Shown one piece after another: positions 53,056 to 61,135 of a stretch of DNA of 64,000 bases (positions within the stretch are counted from its first letter, which is position 1; the number at the start of each line of letters is the position of its first letter). Source of the stretch: Phaeocystidibacter sp. GTDB taxonomy: Bacteria > Bacteroidota > Bacteroidia > Flavobacteriales > Schleiferiaceae. The DNA lies in contig CBFHVA010000015.1 of the NCBI GenBank assembly GCA_965659415.1, positions 1,474-65,473 of the forward strand. Direction: 5' to 3'. The notes below the pieces were generated by a model. The model saw only the letters and a program-made list of their open reading frames with translations. It was not told the origin of the DNA and ran no database searches. A program made the position numbers and the translations under genes.

Positions 53056-53399
53056 CTAATCCCATTTCTTAACGGCTTTGATGAGGTTCCGCAGCATGCG
53101 GTGAACGACTTTGCACTCTGCTCGTAGATCATTGATTGTTTCATCGTCGTCGTGAAGCGAGAGAACAAGAAGTTGTGAATCAAGCTCAGCAGATGACCCC
53201 AAAGAGTAAGTAAGAAAACGGAGGTAATTTTGCTGGTTGGATACTGGGACCCCTCGGCTATATTGCTTGAGATACTCAATGCACAACTCGTCAATTGGGA
53301 CGCCAATCGGTAGTTGCGAATCCGCTCCGAATATCGGATTACGTCTGAAGCTAAATGTGCAGCCCGTAGGTAACAATCCAATCGTTCATAATTTCTCAT
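53056..53399 (-). pseudogene. four-helix-bundle protein (23S rRNA IVS protein / Avd family), frameshifted
   Basis: One frame gives the N-half, MRNYERLDCYLRAAHLASDV...SSNIAEGS. Another frame gives the C-half, SNQQNYLRFLTYSLGSSAELDSQL...MLRNLIKAVKKWD*. The 344-nt span is one nt short of a 115-codon gene. The frame switch lies near 53235-53260, in a GGGG/CCC context. Confidence 0.7.
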
Positions 53400-53479
53400 G
53401 GTGTATTGGCTTTAGGCCAAGTTACTCTGAGTCACTCGAACATGTCCGATTTTCAGATGACAGATTCGCGATTCTTAGT

Positions 53480-53668
53480 TTGTCCTTGGATGACTTCCGG
53501 GAATCAAGAGGCATATGGTCCATTGGTCGACACTCGAAAATTACTATACCCTGAGCCCGTTGCCTGCGGTCTGTTGCCCTGCGTCCGAAGGGAGTGAGTT
53601 GATTGTCGAACTTCCAACCCTGGCCGCCGCGAGCCTCATAGCCCCATTGCCTCATAGCCTCATAGCCA
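53480..53668. repeat. structured intergenic repeat region (locus C of the dispersed family)
   Basis: Contains CTTCCGGG and AATGGAC-type words, GTTGCC/CCGAAGGGAGT modules, and a triple GCCTCATAGCC repeat (53633-53667). It shares 15-, 11- and 9-nt exact words, inverted, with 55985-56135. Confidence 0.75.
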
Positions 53669-53669
53669 T

Positions 53670-53696
53670 AAAAAAACCGACTCTCTCGAATCGGTT
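53670..53696 (-). terminator. rho-independent terminator of the ppiD-like gene
   Basis: Minus strand: AACCGA, 10-nt loop, TCGGTT, followed by T7. Confidence 0.6.
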
Positions 53697-53724
53697 CTTT
53701 TATTCTAATTATGTCGTTGTCCGC

Positions 53725-55908
53725 CTAGAAGAAACGAAGTCTGTTGTCTTCAATTTCAACCTCGTTGCTGATTGAGCTGAGGACAATTTGGGCAGCGAAG
53801 TTGGACTTGGCGCGGTTGTTTATGTTTTGAACGTCTTGGCTGTAGTCTTCTTTATCTGTAAAAGGTGTAGCTGCGTTTACTTGCCATATATATACTCCGC
53901 GGTTTCCTGCAACTGGACCTCCAACAGGCCCTACAGGCGTTCCGCTCATCATACCTACTACCTTTGGCTCGTTACCTACGCCCGTGATTGAGCTATTGCC
54001 CAAGCGCACTTGTTGGATAACCATGTCTTGCTCAGAGCCGTTGGCGATTTCTTGCATGGCGGTTTTGCCTTCCATTAAGCTTTCAGCCAAAGGAAGAAGC
54101 ACGCGCTCTGCTTTCACCTGGTTGGTCACCATCGGTCTGATATCCTCGCGAACGTCGTCCAAGGTCTTGTATCCTTCTTCGGTGATATCCGTTAGCTGAA
54201 CCACTACGAATGACTCACCGTTGTTGTTGATCAACTGTACATCACCAATGGCCACTTCCTTTTCTCTACCGAAAGCCCAAGTCACAATTCCGCGAGCTTG
54301 TGCCAAGCCAATTACCCCATCAGCCGTTTGCTGTAGTTCGGTCATTGGTCGAGCTTGGTAGCCCAATTCCTGTGCTTTCTCAACGAAATCACCGTTGGCA
54401 GCTGCATTGGCAAACGACTGTGCGTTGCTATAGATCTCTCTTTCTGTGCGAGAAGAAATAACCACCTCTTGGTAAACAGTAGCCACTTTCACAGCTTTCG
54501 ACCTACTTCTAGAGTGCTCCATCACTTCCATGATGTGGAAACCGAATTGCGTTTGAACCACGCCGGTCGAGCCCACTGGATTCTGATAAGCGAAGTTCTC
54601 AAAAGGAGCTACCATCGCCTTAGGCTTAAACCACTCGTAGAGTCCGCCTGATGCTACTGAACCCGGATCTTCTGAGAACTGAGTTACCAAACTGTCGAAT
54701 GGTGTAGTACCGTTGTTGATTACCTCTAGCAAGCTATCAGCCAAAACGCGAGCGTCAGCTAGGGTGCGTACAGATTGGTTGTTCGGTTGACCGTTGTTGA
54801 ATCCGATCAATATGTGACGAGCTGAAACTGAATCAGGCAACATGGTGATTTCAGAAAGCTTCGTGAGCTTGTAGCCACCTGCTTCTTCATACGGGCCATA
54901 TACGTATCCGGGTTCTGCTTGGAACATGATAGAATCTACATTGCTGCTCAAATCGCCTGTTCTCCAAAAACCCGGACGGTAAGGCAGGGTGCTATTGGCA
55001 GCCACAAATGCGCTATCGTCATCCGTATTTCTGAAACCAACGAGCGTATCGTTCATGTTGGTCACGTTATTAAAGCGAACACGGTCTTCGACCATCGCTA
55101 CCAATTCATCGCGTACTTCTTGCTTGTCCAATTCACTTGGAGCGAGCTCGAAGTTCACGTAAACCACATCGCGTGTTTCGAAGTCTTGCTTGTAGAGATG
55201 CTTGTTCTCGTTGTAGTACGCCTCAAAATCTGCTTCGGTAACCTCTACCTCATCATCCGCTACAGAACTGTATGGAAGTTGGATGAAGGCCACGTCTTTG
55301 CTCATGCTGTTTCCCGCAAACTGGTGCTTAGCCAATGCCGCTGGCGTGTAAATGGCACCCTGAATGGCGCGATCGAACTTGAATTGCAAGGCTTGGTCGC
55401 GAACGTCATTTTCAAAACGAGTCCATGCAGCCCACTGAGCTGCGGCTTCTTCACTTGAGCTACGGTTGTCACGCAAGTTTCTCAACAAGGCGTTGAAACG
55501 GTCGCGTGAAAAACGACCTTGCTCATCGATGAAATTCGGCTGCTGCTGAATATTCGGATTGTTAATGATTTCCTCGTACAACTCATCGGCTGTAACGGTA
55601 AACCCGAGGTCTTCATACACCTCTTCAAAAATGATTTCTGAGATGAAACCCTGCCATACGATATTGGCCAACTGATTCTGAGGCATATCGGCATAGGCCT
55701 GGTCTTGCTGGCGAAGCTCTTGCATACGCTGGTTGAACTCGGTGATGGACACCTCAGTGCCATCAATAGTTCCAACTGCGTTTGAGTTTGAAGCGAAGAT
55801 ATTCGTACCTCCCATCATCAAATCACCTAACAAAAAGGCGCCCAAAGCGACCCCAATAATAACGATCAATAAACCTGATCTTCTGCGAATGTTTTCCAAA
55901 GTAGCCAT
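53725..55908 (-). CDS. PpiD/SurA-like periplasmic peptidyl-prolyl isomerase chaperone
   Basis: 727 aa. N-terminal membrane anchor (LLIVIIGVALGAFLLG), SurA_N-like region and a parvulin-type rotamase segment (SARHILIGF...GFHIMEV). Confidence 0.85.
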   Translation of the reverse strand: MATLENIRRRSGLLIVIIGVALGAFLLGDLMMGGTNIFASNSNAVGTIDGTEVSITEFNQRMQELRQQDQAYADMPQNQLANIVWQGFISEIIFEEVYEDLGFTVTADELYEEIINNPNIQQQPNFIDEQGRFSRDRFNALLRNLRDNRSSSEEAAAQWAAWTRFENDVRDQALQFKFDRAIQGAIYTPAALAKHQFAGNSMSKDVAFIQLPYSSVADDEVEVTEADFEAYYNENKHLYKQDFETRDVVYVNFELAPSELDKQEVRDELVAMVEDRVRFNNVTNMNDTLVGFRNTDDDSAFVAANSTLPYRPGFWRTGDLSSNVDSIMFQAEPGYVYGPYEEAGGYKLTKLSEITMLPDSVSARHILIGFNNGQPNNQSVRTLADARVLADSLLEVINNGTTPFDSLVTQFSEDPGSVASGGLYEWFKPKAMVAPFENFAYQNPVGSTGVVQTQFGFHIMEVMEHSRSRSKAVKVATVYQEVVISSRTEREIYSNAQSFANAAANGDFVEKAQELGYQARPMTELQQTADGVIGLAQARGIVTWAFGREKEVAIGDVQLINNNGESFVVVQLTDITEEGYKTLDDVREDIRPMVTNQVKAERVLLPLAESLMEGKTAMQEIANGSEQDMVIQQVRLGNSSITGVGNEPKVVGMMSGTPVGPVGGPVAGNRGVYIWQVNAATPFTDKEDYSQDVQNINNRAKSNFAAQIVLSSISNEVEIEDNRLRFF

Positions 55909-55984
55909 GTGCTCTTACGGACTTTTAGTTCAAGGTTGCGAATATACAGTGTTGGCGGGATAAAACGGGCAAAAGTTTGAGGGA

Positions 55985-56135
55985 TTTTAAGCCTCCCTGC
56001 GGTCGGCAGGCAGGCAACTCCCTTCGGTCGTTGGACAACAGGCAAGAGCCTTACTTCGGTCGGCTGGCAACGGACAACGGGCTGGCCGCATTTGTTCAGA
56101 TGGCAATGAGACAATGAGGCTATGAGGCTTTTAAA
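55985..56135. repeat. structured intergenic repeat region (locus D1): three ~30-nt CCTTCGGTCG...GGCAA units plus CAATGAGGCTATGAGGC
   Basis: Units begin near 55993, 56019 and 56050. 56114-56128 is the reverse complement of 53649-53663, and 56017-56027 is the reverse complement of 53585-53595. Confidence 0.75.
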
Positions 56136-56185
56136 AGCTAACATTGGAGTTTGAAAGTATCCAACGCATTGGTTGTTGGACTCCC

Positions 56186-56320
56186 TCTTTTCTTCGCCGC
56201 AGGCGAAGAACCTTATGCTTGCCGCAAGGCAATGCATCCTTTTGCCAGCCGCGAAGCGGAGGCATCCTTTTGCTCGCCGCTAGGCGAAGCAACCTTATCG
56301 AGGCGCCATAAAGCGCCGAG
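56186..56320. repeat. tandem array of five short GC hairpins at ~25-29-nt spacing (locus D2)
   Basis: Stem-loops at 56192-56208 (CTTCGCC-GCA-GGCGAAG), 56219-56232 (TTGCC-GCAA-GGCAA), 56244-56263, 56274-56287 (TCGCC-GCTA-GGCGA) and 56302-56317 (GGCGC-CATAAA-GCGCC). Spacers are AACCTTAT / GCATCCTTTTGC. The 12-mer GCATCCTTTTGC recurs exactly at 56234 and 56262. Confidence 0.85.
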
Positions 56321-56324
56321 ATCC

Positions 56325-57569
56325 TCACTCCCTAACCAACAACCTTACCTCTTCCAACCTATTCGAACTTACCGTAAGCACCTCGAGGATATAGTCGTCC
56401 AACGCAACGCGTTCACCTTTTTCAGGAATGGATTCAAGCATGTCCATTACCAAGCCGCCTAGGGTGGTGTAGTTATCCGATTCTGGCAGATGGAGTTTGT
56501 ACTGATCGTTCAGGTAATCGATTTCCAAGCGGGCGCTAAAGACGAATTCCGCCGGACTCACCTGACGTTCGATTAGATCGTCGGTGTCGTGTTCATCGTC
56601 GATGTCGCCAAAAATTTCTTCAACCACATCTTCCAACGTGATGAGTCCTGCCGTGCCGCCATGCTCGTCGAGTACGATCGCCACATTTCGTTTGTCTCGG
56701 GTAAAGAGATTTAGGATATCATCGGCGGTCATGGTTTCAGGAATGAAGCCCACCGGACGGAGTATACTGCGGATGCTCTTCGGACGTTTGAAGAGTTCAT
56801 AAGCGTGCACATAGCCCACCACATGATCGATATTCTCGTTGTAAACGACAATTTTTGAATAGCCGGTTTCAATGAATTGACGCTTGAGTTCTTCAATGCT
56901 CTCGGTTGATTCAACGGCCAGGATTTCGGTGCGGGGAATCATGAATTCTCGCGCCTTGATTTCGGAAAAGTCGAGGGCATTTCTAAATATTTCGATTTCG
57001 TGATCTACGTCTTCATCATCTTCATTGGTATTCTCCTCAATGTAATGATCGATATCGACCTTCGAGAACACTTGCTCGTCGTTGCTAAGCTCGGCCCGTA
57101 ACACGCGCTTCAGTAAAAAGCGAGAAAGCCAGGTTACTCCAATCACAATTGGAAAGATCAGCGTATATACAAAGATGACCGGCAGGGCAAAAAACTTCAA
57201 GCTTTGGTTAGCGCGGGCACTGAACACTGCTTTGGGCAGATACTCGGCCAAGAAGAGCAAGATGATCGTTGAAATGATGGTTTGAAGGAACAGAATCAGA
57301 TACTCCTGTTGAGTCCATTCAAAGTAGGGATCGAGGATTTCTGGAAGATAGATTCCAAAGAGAACCAAGGCTACATTGTTTCCCACCAGCATGGTTGCAA
57401 TAAACCTAGCTGGATGCTTAATCAGGTAGGAAAGAAGAATATTTGGCAGGCGCTTCTTCTTACTTTCCAGTTCTATTTGAAGGCGGTTAGCCGATAGAAA
57501 AGCAATCTCCATTCCGGAGAAAAACGCGGAACCCAGCAAGGCAAAAATGATAACCAGGAATGAACTCAT
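56325..57569 (-). CDS. CNNM/HlyC-CorC family membrane protein (DUF21 + CBS pair + CorC_HlyC)
   Basis: 414 aa. SAFFSGMEIAF (DUF21 TM domain), CBS pair (REFMIPRTE..., VVYNENIDHVVGYVH) and a C-terminal transporter-associated domain. Confidence 0.88.
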   Translation of the reverse strand: MSSFLVIIFALLGSAFFSGMEIAFLSANRLQIELESKKKRLPNILLSYLIKHPARFIATMLVGNNVALVLFGIYLPEILDPYFEWTQQEYLILFLQTIISTIILLFLAEYLPKAVFSARANQSLKFFALPVIFVYTLIFPIVIGVTWLSRFLLKRVLRAELSNDEQVFSKVDIDHYIEENTNEDDEDVDHEIEIFRNALDFSEIKAREFMIPRTEILAVESTESIEELKRQFIETGYSKIVVYNENIDHVVGYVHAYELFKRPKSIRSILRPVGFIPETMTADDILNLFTRDKRNVAIVLDEHGGTAGLITLEDVVEEIFGDIDDEHDTDDLIERQVSPAEFVFSARLEIDYLNDQYKLHLPESDNYTTLGGLVMDMLESIPEKGERVALDDYILEVLTVSSNRLEEVRLLVRE

Positions 57570-57775
57570 TACTCGTTGTCTTTCATGCGTGTTCGTTGCT
57601 TCCTACTCCACCAGTAGCGGAAGATTCCGAAGCCAATGAAGAAAGTAAAAATGATCACTCGATTCCATTCGGCGTCGAGGTATGAATCGTAAACTTCAAC
57701 CACGCTCACGGCGATAATCGCCAACCACATGATTTCGAAAATTCTATAAATCCGTGCTGTCCTGTTGCTCTTCAT
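57569..57775 (-). CDS. small two-TM membrane protein, function unknown
   Basis: MKSNRTARIYRIFEIMWLAIIAVSVVEV...VIIFTFFIGFGIFRYWWSRKQRTR has basic ends and two hydrophobic helices. Its TAA overlaps the ATG of the CNNM gene by 1 nt (TAATG). An alternative start lies at 57730. Confidence 0.45.
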   Translation of the reverse strand: MKSNRTARIYRIFEIMWLAIIAVSVVEVYDSYLDAEWNRVIIFTFFIGFGIFRYWWSRKQRTRMKDNE

Positions 57776-58322
57776 TGAGGAATAGTGTTCCGTAAATTTC
57801 GTGAATTTTATAATCCTGCATGTTCTGATCGGCATCAAATCCCTTCCCCCAGATCTTACTGTCGGGGGTAGTAATGGCCACCGACACATCTGAAGATATA
57901 CGCTGTTCGGCTTCATCCCACTCTAACTTCTCGGATTCGAGCTCTTCTTGCTCAATGTTTTTAACATGCACTTCGCCTTCTGCCTCCCATCTTCGCTCTT
58001 CGATATAACGTTTGGCGTAATTGGCGGATATTTCTGATTCAACCGCTCCGGTATCGTTGTAGAAAGTAACGTGAATTCCGTCAGGAAACTCGAGATAAGC
58101 GTCTTCTTCGAGATGGGAAAAATCGAGAGCGGTAGGAGCGGCAAAGTTCATGACAACCAATCCGCTATCGGTATAGGTATACTCTACGTCCTTTTGCGTG
58201 CGCAATGGGCCGTCATATTCATTCACCACTTGCTTCACCACCTTAGGGTCGTTTTCACAAGCGATTAAAAGTAAAAAAAGAGGGACAGCATAGGCTATCC
58301 CCCTCTTTATCGAGTAACTCAT
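57744..58322 (-). CDS. lptC: LPS export periplasmic protein LptC
   Basis: 192 aa. Lipoprotein-like signal (LLLIACEND) and OstA/LptC-like beta-jellyroll sequence. Position between the TPR protein and the CNNM gene is the arrangement I recall as conserved in Bacteroidota. Confidence 0.7.
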   Translation of the reverse strand: MSYSIKRGIAYAVPLFLLLIACENDPKVVKQVVNEYDGPLRTQKDVEYTYTDSGLVVMNFAAPTALDFSHLEEDAYLEFPDGIHVTFYNDTGAVESEISANYAKRYIEERRWEAEGEVHVKNIEQEELESEKLEWDEAEQRISSDVSVAITTPDSKIWGKGFDADQNMQDYKIHEIYGTLFLNEEQQDSTDL

Positions 58323-58335
58323 ACGAGTTGAATTA

Positions 58336-59790
58336 TTAATACCACTTTGCGGTGATGGTCTCGTTGATCCAACAACCGATGGTGTAGGTATCTCCTTCTT
58401 TATAGCCTAATTGGAAAGATACCGTTTTATCTGGTAATCCTCTGATATAGGCGTTAATGGCAGTCTGAGCGCGACTACTCAAGCTAGGATCCAAGCTACG
58501 TGCTTGCTGAGCTTGATTAATTGCAGCCCAGTAAACCGCTTGCTTCTCGAAGGCATTTGTTCCACATGCATCAGAAGCGCTTGCATAAATGGCTGAAAGC
58601 TGTAAGTGCGCTTCACCACTTGCTGGGTTCAAACGAATGGCAGCCATAGTTGCTGATTTTGCAGTCGCCAAAGCACCCAACTTCAGCAAGGCGTATCCAC
58701 GCTTTAAGTTGTCCTCCGACTTTACCAATGGATCCACTTCACCTTCGGCGGCTTGCGAGAAGTACTCAACGGCCTTCTGGTAATTGCTGCGAACGAGAGC
58801 CAAACGTCCCATGTTACGAGCCGCTTCCGTAGAAGGATTCATTTGGTACAAACGCTCAGTTAGTGTGAAGTAAAGCGGGTTATCGCGACAACTTACTACC
58901 TCACCACTATCGTTGCGGTATTCTGCACCGAGGGTACGTACAGCACGACGAATCCAAACTTCATCGTCTTTGTTCTCTTCGTAAGTCTCTTCATTGTATA
59001 CACGTGCAATCACATCACAAGAAGTCAAGAAAGAACGAAGCGCTTTTTCAACATTGCCCAATACCTTCTCGTAGTTGGTCAACAAACGCTCGTCGCGGTC
59101 AAGCTTGCGAGTACCCACCTGATCGATGGTACCGTTGGCTTTCTGCTCGCTAAGCGTAGCAATTTCTTGATTCAACAAGTTGGTGTTTACCGTGATGGCC
59201 TCGTTAATCTGGTTGTACTTGTCAAAGATATCGGCCAAATCCAATGAATCCATTTTGTTGAGTTCAACCGCTGAAAGGAAGTACGTCCAAAAGTGAACGG
59301 CCGACAATTCAGAAGCGTCGAGGTTCATGGCATCATCCAATGTATTGAATACTTCAACTACGGTTGTTTCCTTGCGGTACTCGAACATATCCTGTGCTTT
59401 GGAAGCCATCACGTAGGCTTCACGCTCAGGGAAGTACTTCAGGCGATTATCCGCCAAACCGATCAATTGATCGATAAGGATTTCGCGATACTGCGTCAAG
59501 GAATCTGAAGGTGTAGCTTCGATTGCTTCTTCGATGGCTTCGATTTTCGCTTCAACAATACGACTACCGTAAATGTAAATCGACTTGTTTACGGCTGGAC
59601 ATTCGTTGTAAACCGAGTTCCAGTAATCATAAGCCTGGAGGTACTGGCGAGCATTGGCCAGCTGACCGAAGTTGTTGTAATTCTCAAAGCAGCGTAAACT
59701 GTCTGCTGGAGTTGCGCCCCATTTGCTTTGAGCGAATGCGCCTTGGGAAATCAGTGCCAAGGTCAAGATAGTGAGTATCCGTTTCATCAT
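58336..59790 (-). CDS. secreted TPR-like protein, function unknown
   Basis: Signal peptide (ILTILTLALISQGAFAQ) and helical-repeat content (e.g. YQKAVEYFSQAAE, LKLGALATAKS). Confidence 0.6.
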   Translation of the reverse strand: MMKRILTILTLALISQGAFAQSKWGATPADSLRCFENYNNFGQLANARQYLQAYDYWNSVYNECPAVNKSIYIYGSRIVEAKIEAIEEAIEATPSDSLTQYREILIDQLIGLADNRLKYFPEREAYVMASKAQDMFEYRKETTVVEVFNTLDDAMNLDASELSAVHFWTYFLSAVELNKMDSLDLADIFDKYNQINEAITVNTNLLNQEIATLSEQKANGTIDQVGTRKLDRDERLLTNYEKVLGNVEKALRSFLTSCDVIARVYNEETYEENKDDEVWIRRAVRTLGAEYRNDSGEVVSCRDNPLYFTLTERLYQMNPSTEAARNMGRLALVRSNYQKAVEYFSQAAEGEVDPLVKSEDNLKRGYALLKLGALATAKSATMAAIRLNPASGEAHLQLSAIYASASDACGTNAFEKQAVYWAAINQAQQARSLDPSLSSRAQTAINAYIRGLPDKTVSFQLGYKEGDTYTIGCWINETITAKWY

Positions 59791-59797
59791 TTTGAAA

Positions 59798-61135
59798 TTA
59801 GCGGTACTTAAATTGCGTAAACCATTTATCGTTTAGGGTGAGTCCGAGAACGAAACGTGCGTAATCTTCTTCAATATTCCCATTGTTATTATTACCTCTA
59901 CGGCCAAATATCATACCAACATTTAGCATGGCGAGTTTTACATCACCTGTAGCTGCGGAGCGGTTCCCTAATGGGAATCCAAAGCCAAGCGTCAATCCGG
60001 CATCGGTAACCGCCTCACCATTCACATTGAGACCTACATCTTCATAATATGCACCGATGCGATAATCCATCTGAGTGAGATAATTCCCGCGGTTCATATC
60101 GAGGGCGAAGTATGGAATGAACTGGGCTCCGAAACTCGCTCTAAATCCGTTGTTGTACGTTCCTCTAACCTCAGAAGAGCTATTGAGTTCACTGCGGTTG
60201 AGAATTTGGTAATCGGCACCCACACTCCAAGAGTACTGGAGGAGTTGCGGATGGTGACCGCCTAGGGTAAATCCTAAACTGTAATTGGAATTGAAGGTCA
60301 CGTCCACATCGCGGTTATCGATGTTGTAAACCGTGTCGCGGTAAACGCGTCTGCCTTGAGCTGGTTCGGTAAAGGTGTAGAACAAATCGTTCAGTGAGCC
60401 TGATAGATTGGTCGGGTGAACGTACGTAGCACCGATGACGAGTTCCGTTGTGCTATCAGCACCGAAGTACATGGAGTACTGCAAACCCGCATCGAACGAG
60501 AAGCCCGTAGCACCTACACTTTCCTCTTGGGTGGTATTGTAAAAGCCCGGTGTATCGAAAAAGGCCGTGGTGGTTCTTTCGAGGGTTCCAAAATAGTAGG
60601 ATCCATTGATGCCTACAGATAGGCCTGGGAGAACTTCGATAGACTGACCAATGTAAAAGCGGTCAAATCCACCATCCCCTTCAAACTGTAGCGTGGCATC
60701 ACTGAAGGGATAGGACGTTTGAGTCAGGATATCGTAACCTACTTTAGAATAGGGCGAAATCCCGAAGGCCATGCCCCATCCTTCGCCGAGGGGGAAACCG
60801 AAGGCCAGGTAATTGAAGCCTCCTGTAGAAGTAGAAACGGTTTGCGAGGCATCTTTGAGCAGCGACTCTTGGTAGAACCCACCAATTTCGATGGTGGTGT
60901 ACTTTAGATTAGAATAAGAGGCAGGCTGAAGTACATTTAGCTGAAGGGGGTCACGCACGCCGGCAGATAAACCGCCGAAACCAATTTGATGTGCAAATCG
61001 ACCACTCTCGCGTTCTCCAAATCCAAAAATGGAATAGGGAGAAATGGCATTCTGTGCCGACAAGCTGCCAGCAGAGAGGATCAAAATGACAAAGCCGACG
61101 AATCGGCGAATATTACTGCGCATCATGTTGTACAA
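59798..61135 (-). CDS. putative outer-membrane beta-barrel protein, function unknown
   Basis: Signal peptide ending SLSAQ. Alternating-hydrophobicity strands rich in G/Y/F/N, with an aromatic-rich C-terminus (WFTQFKYR). Confidence 0.55.
   Translation of the reverse strand: MYNMMRSNIRRFVGFVILILSAGSLSAQNAISPYSIFGFGERESGRFAHQIGFGGLSAGVRDPLQLNVLQPASYSNLKYTTIEIGGFYQESLLKDASQTVSTSTGGFNYLAFGFPLGEGWGMAFGISPYSKVGYDILTQTSYPFSDATLQFEGDGGFDRFYIGQSIEVLPGLSVGINGSYYFGTLERTTTAFFDTPGFYNTTQEESVGATGFSFDAGLQYSMYFGADSTTELVIGATYVHPTNLSGSLNDLFYTFTEPAQGRRVYRDTVYNIDNRDVDVTFNSNYSLGFTLGGHHPQLLQYSWSVGADYQILNRSELNSSSEVRGTYNNGFRASFGAQFIPYFALDMNRGNYLTQMDYRIGAYYEDVGLNVNGEAVTDAGLTLGFGFPLGNRSAATGDVKLAMLNVGMIFGRRGNNNNGNIEEDYARFVLGLTLNDKWFTQFKYR

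Noticed and set aside
53056-53399. Diversity-generating retroelement, because the four-helix-bundle gene belongs to the Avd family
   Set aside because: No reverse transcriptase ORF and no template/variable repeat pair are visible in the window. The gene is frameshifted and isolated.
52860-53399. 179-aa ORF from the track
   Set aside because: Only its first ~50 residues look like a real protein (the four-helix-bundle N-half). The rest is run-on translation after a frameshift, through repeat sequence and the rodA 3' flank.
56186-56320. Possible CRISPR array, given regularly spaced palindromic units
   Set aside because: The whole unit (hairpin plus spacer) is only ~25-29 nt. The hairpins are not identical to each other and the 'spacers' are themselves repeated. 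No cas genes are present in the window. It fits a REP/BIME-like array better.
55866-56462. Track ORFs 55866-56237, 56131-56328 and 56151-56462 in the ppiD / CNNM gap
   Set aside because: They are read across tandem hairpin repeats and antisense to the CNNM gene's 3' end. The repeat structure explains the open frames.
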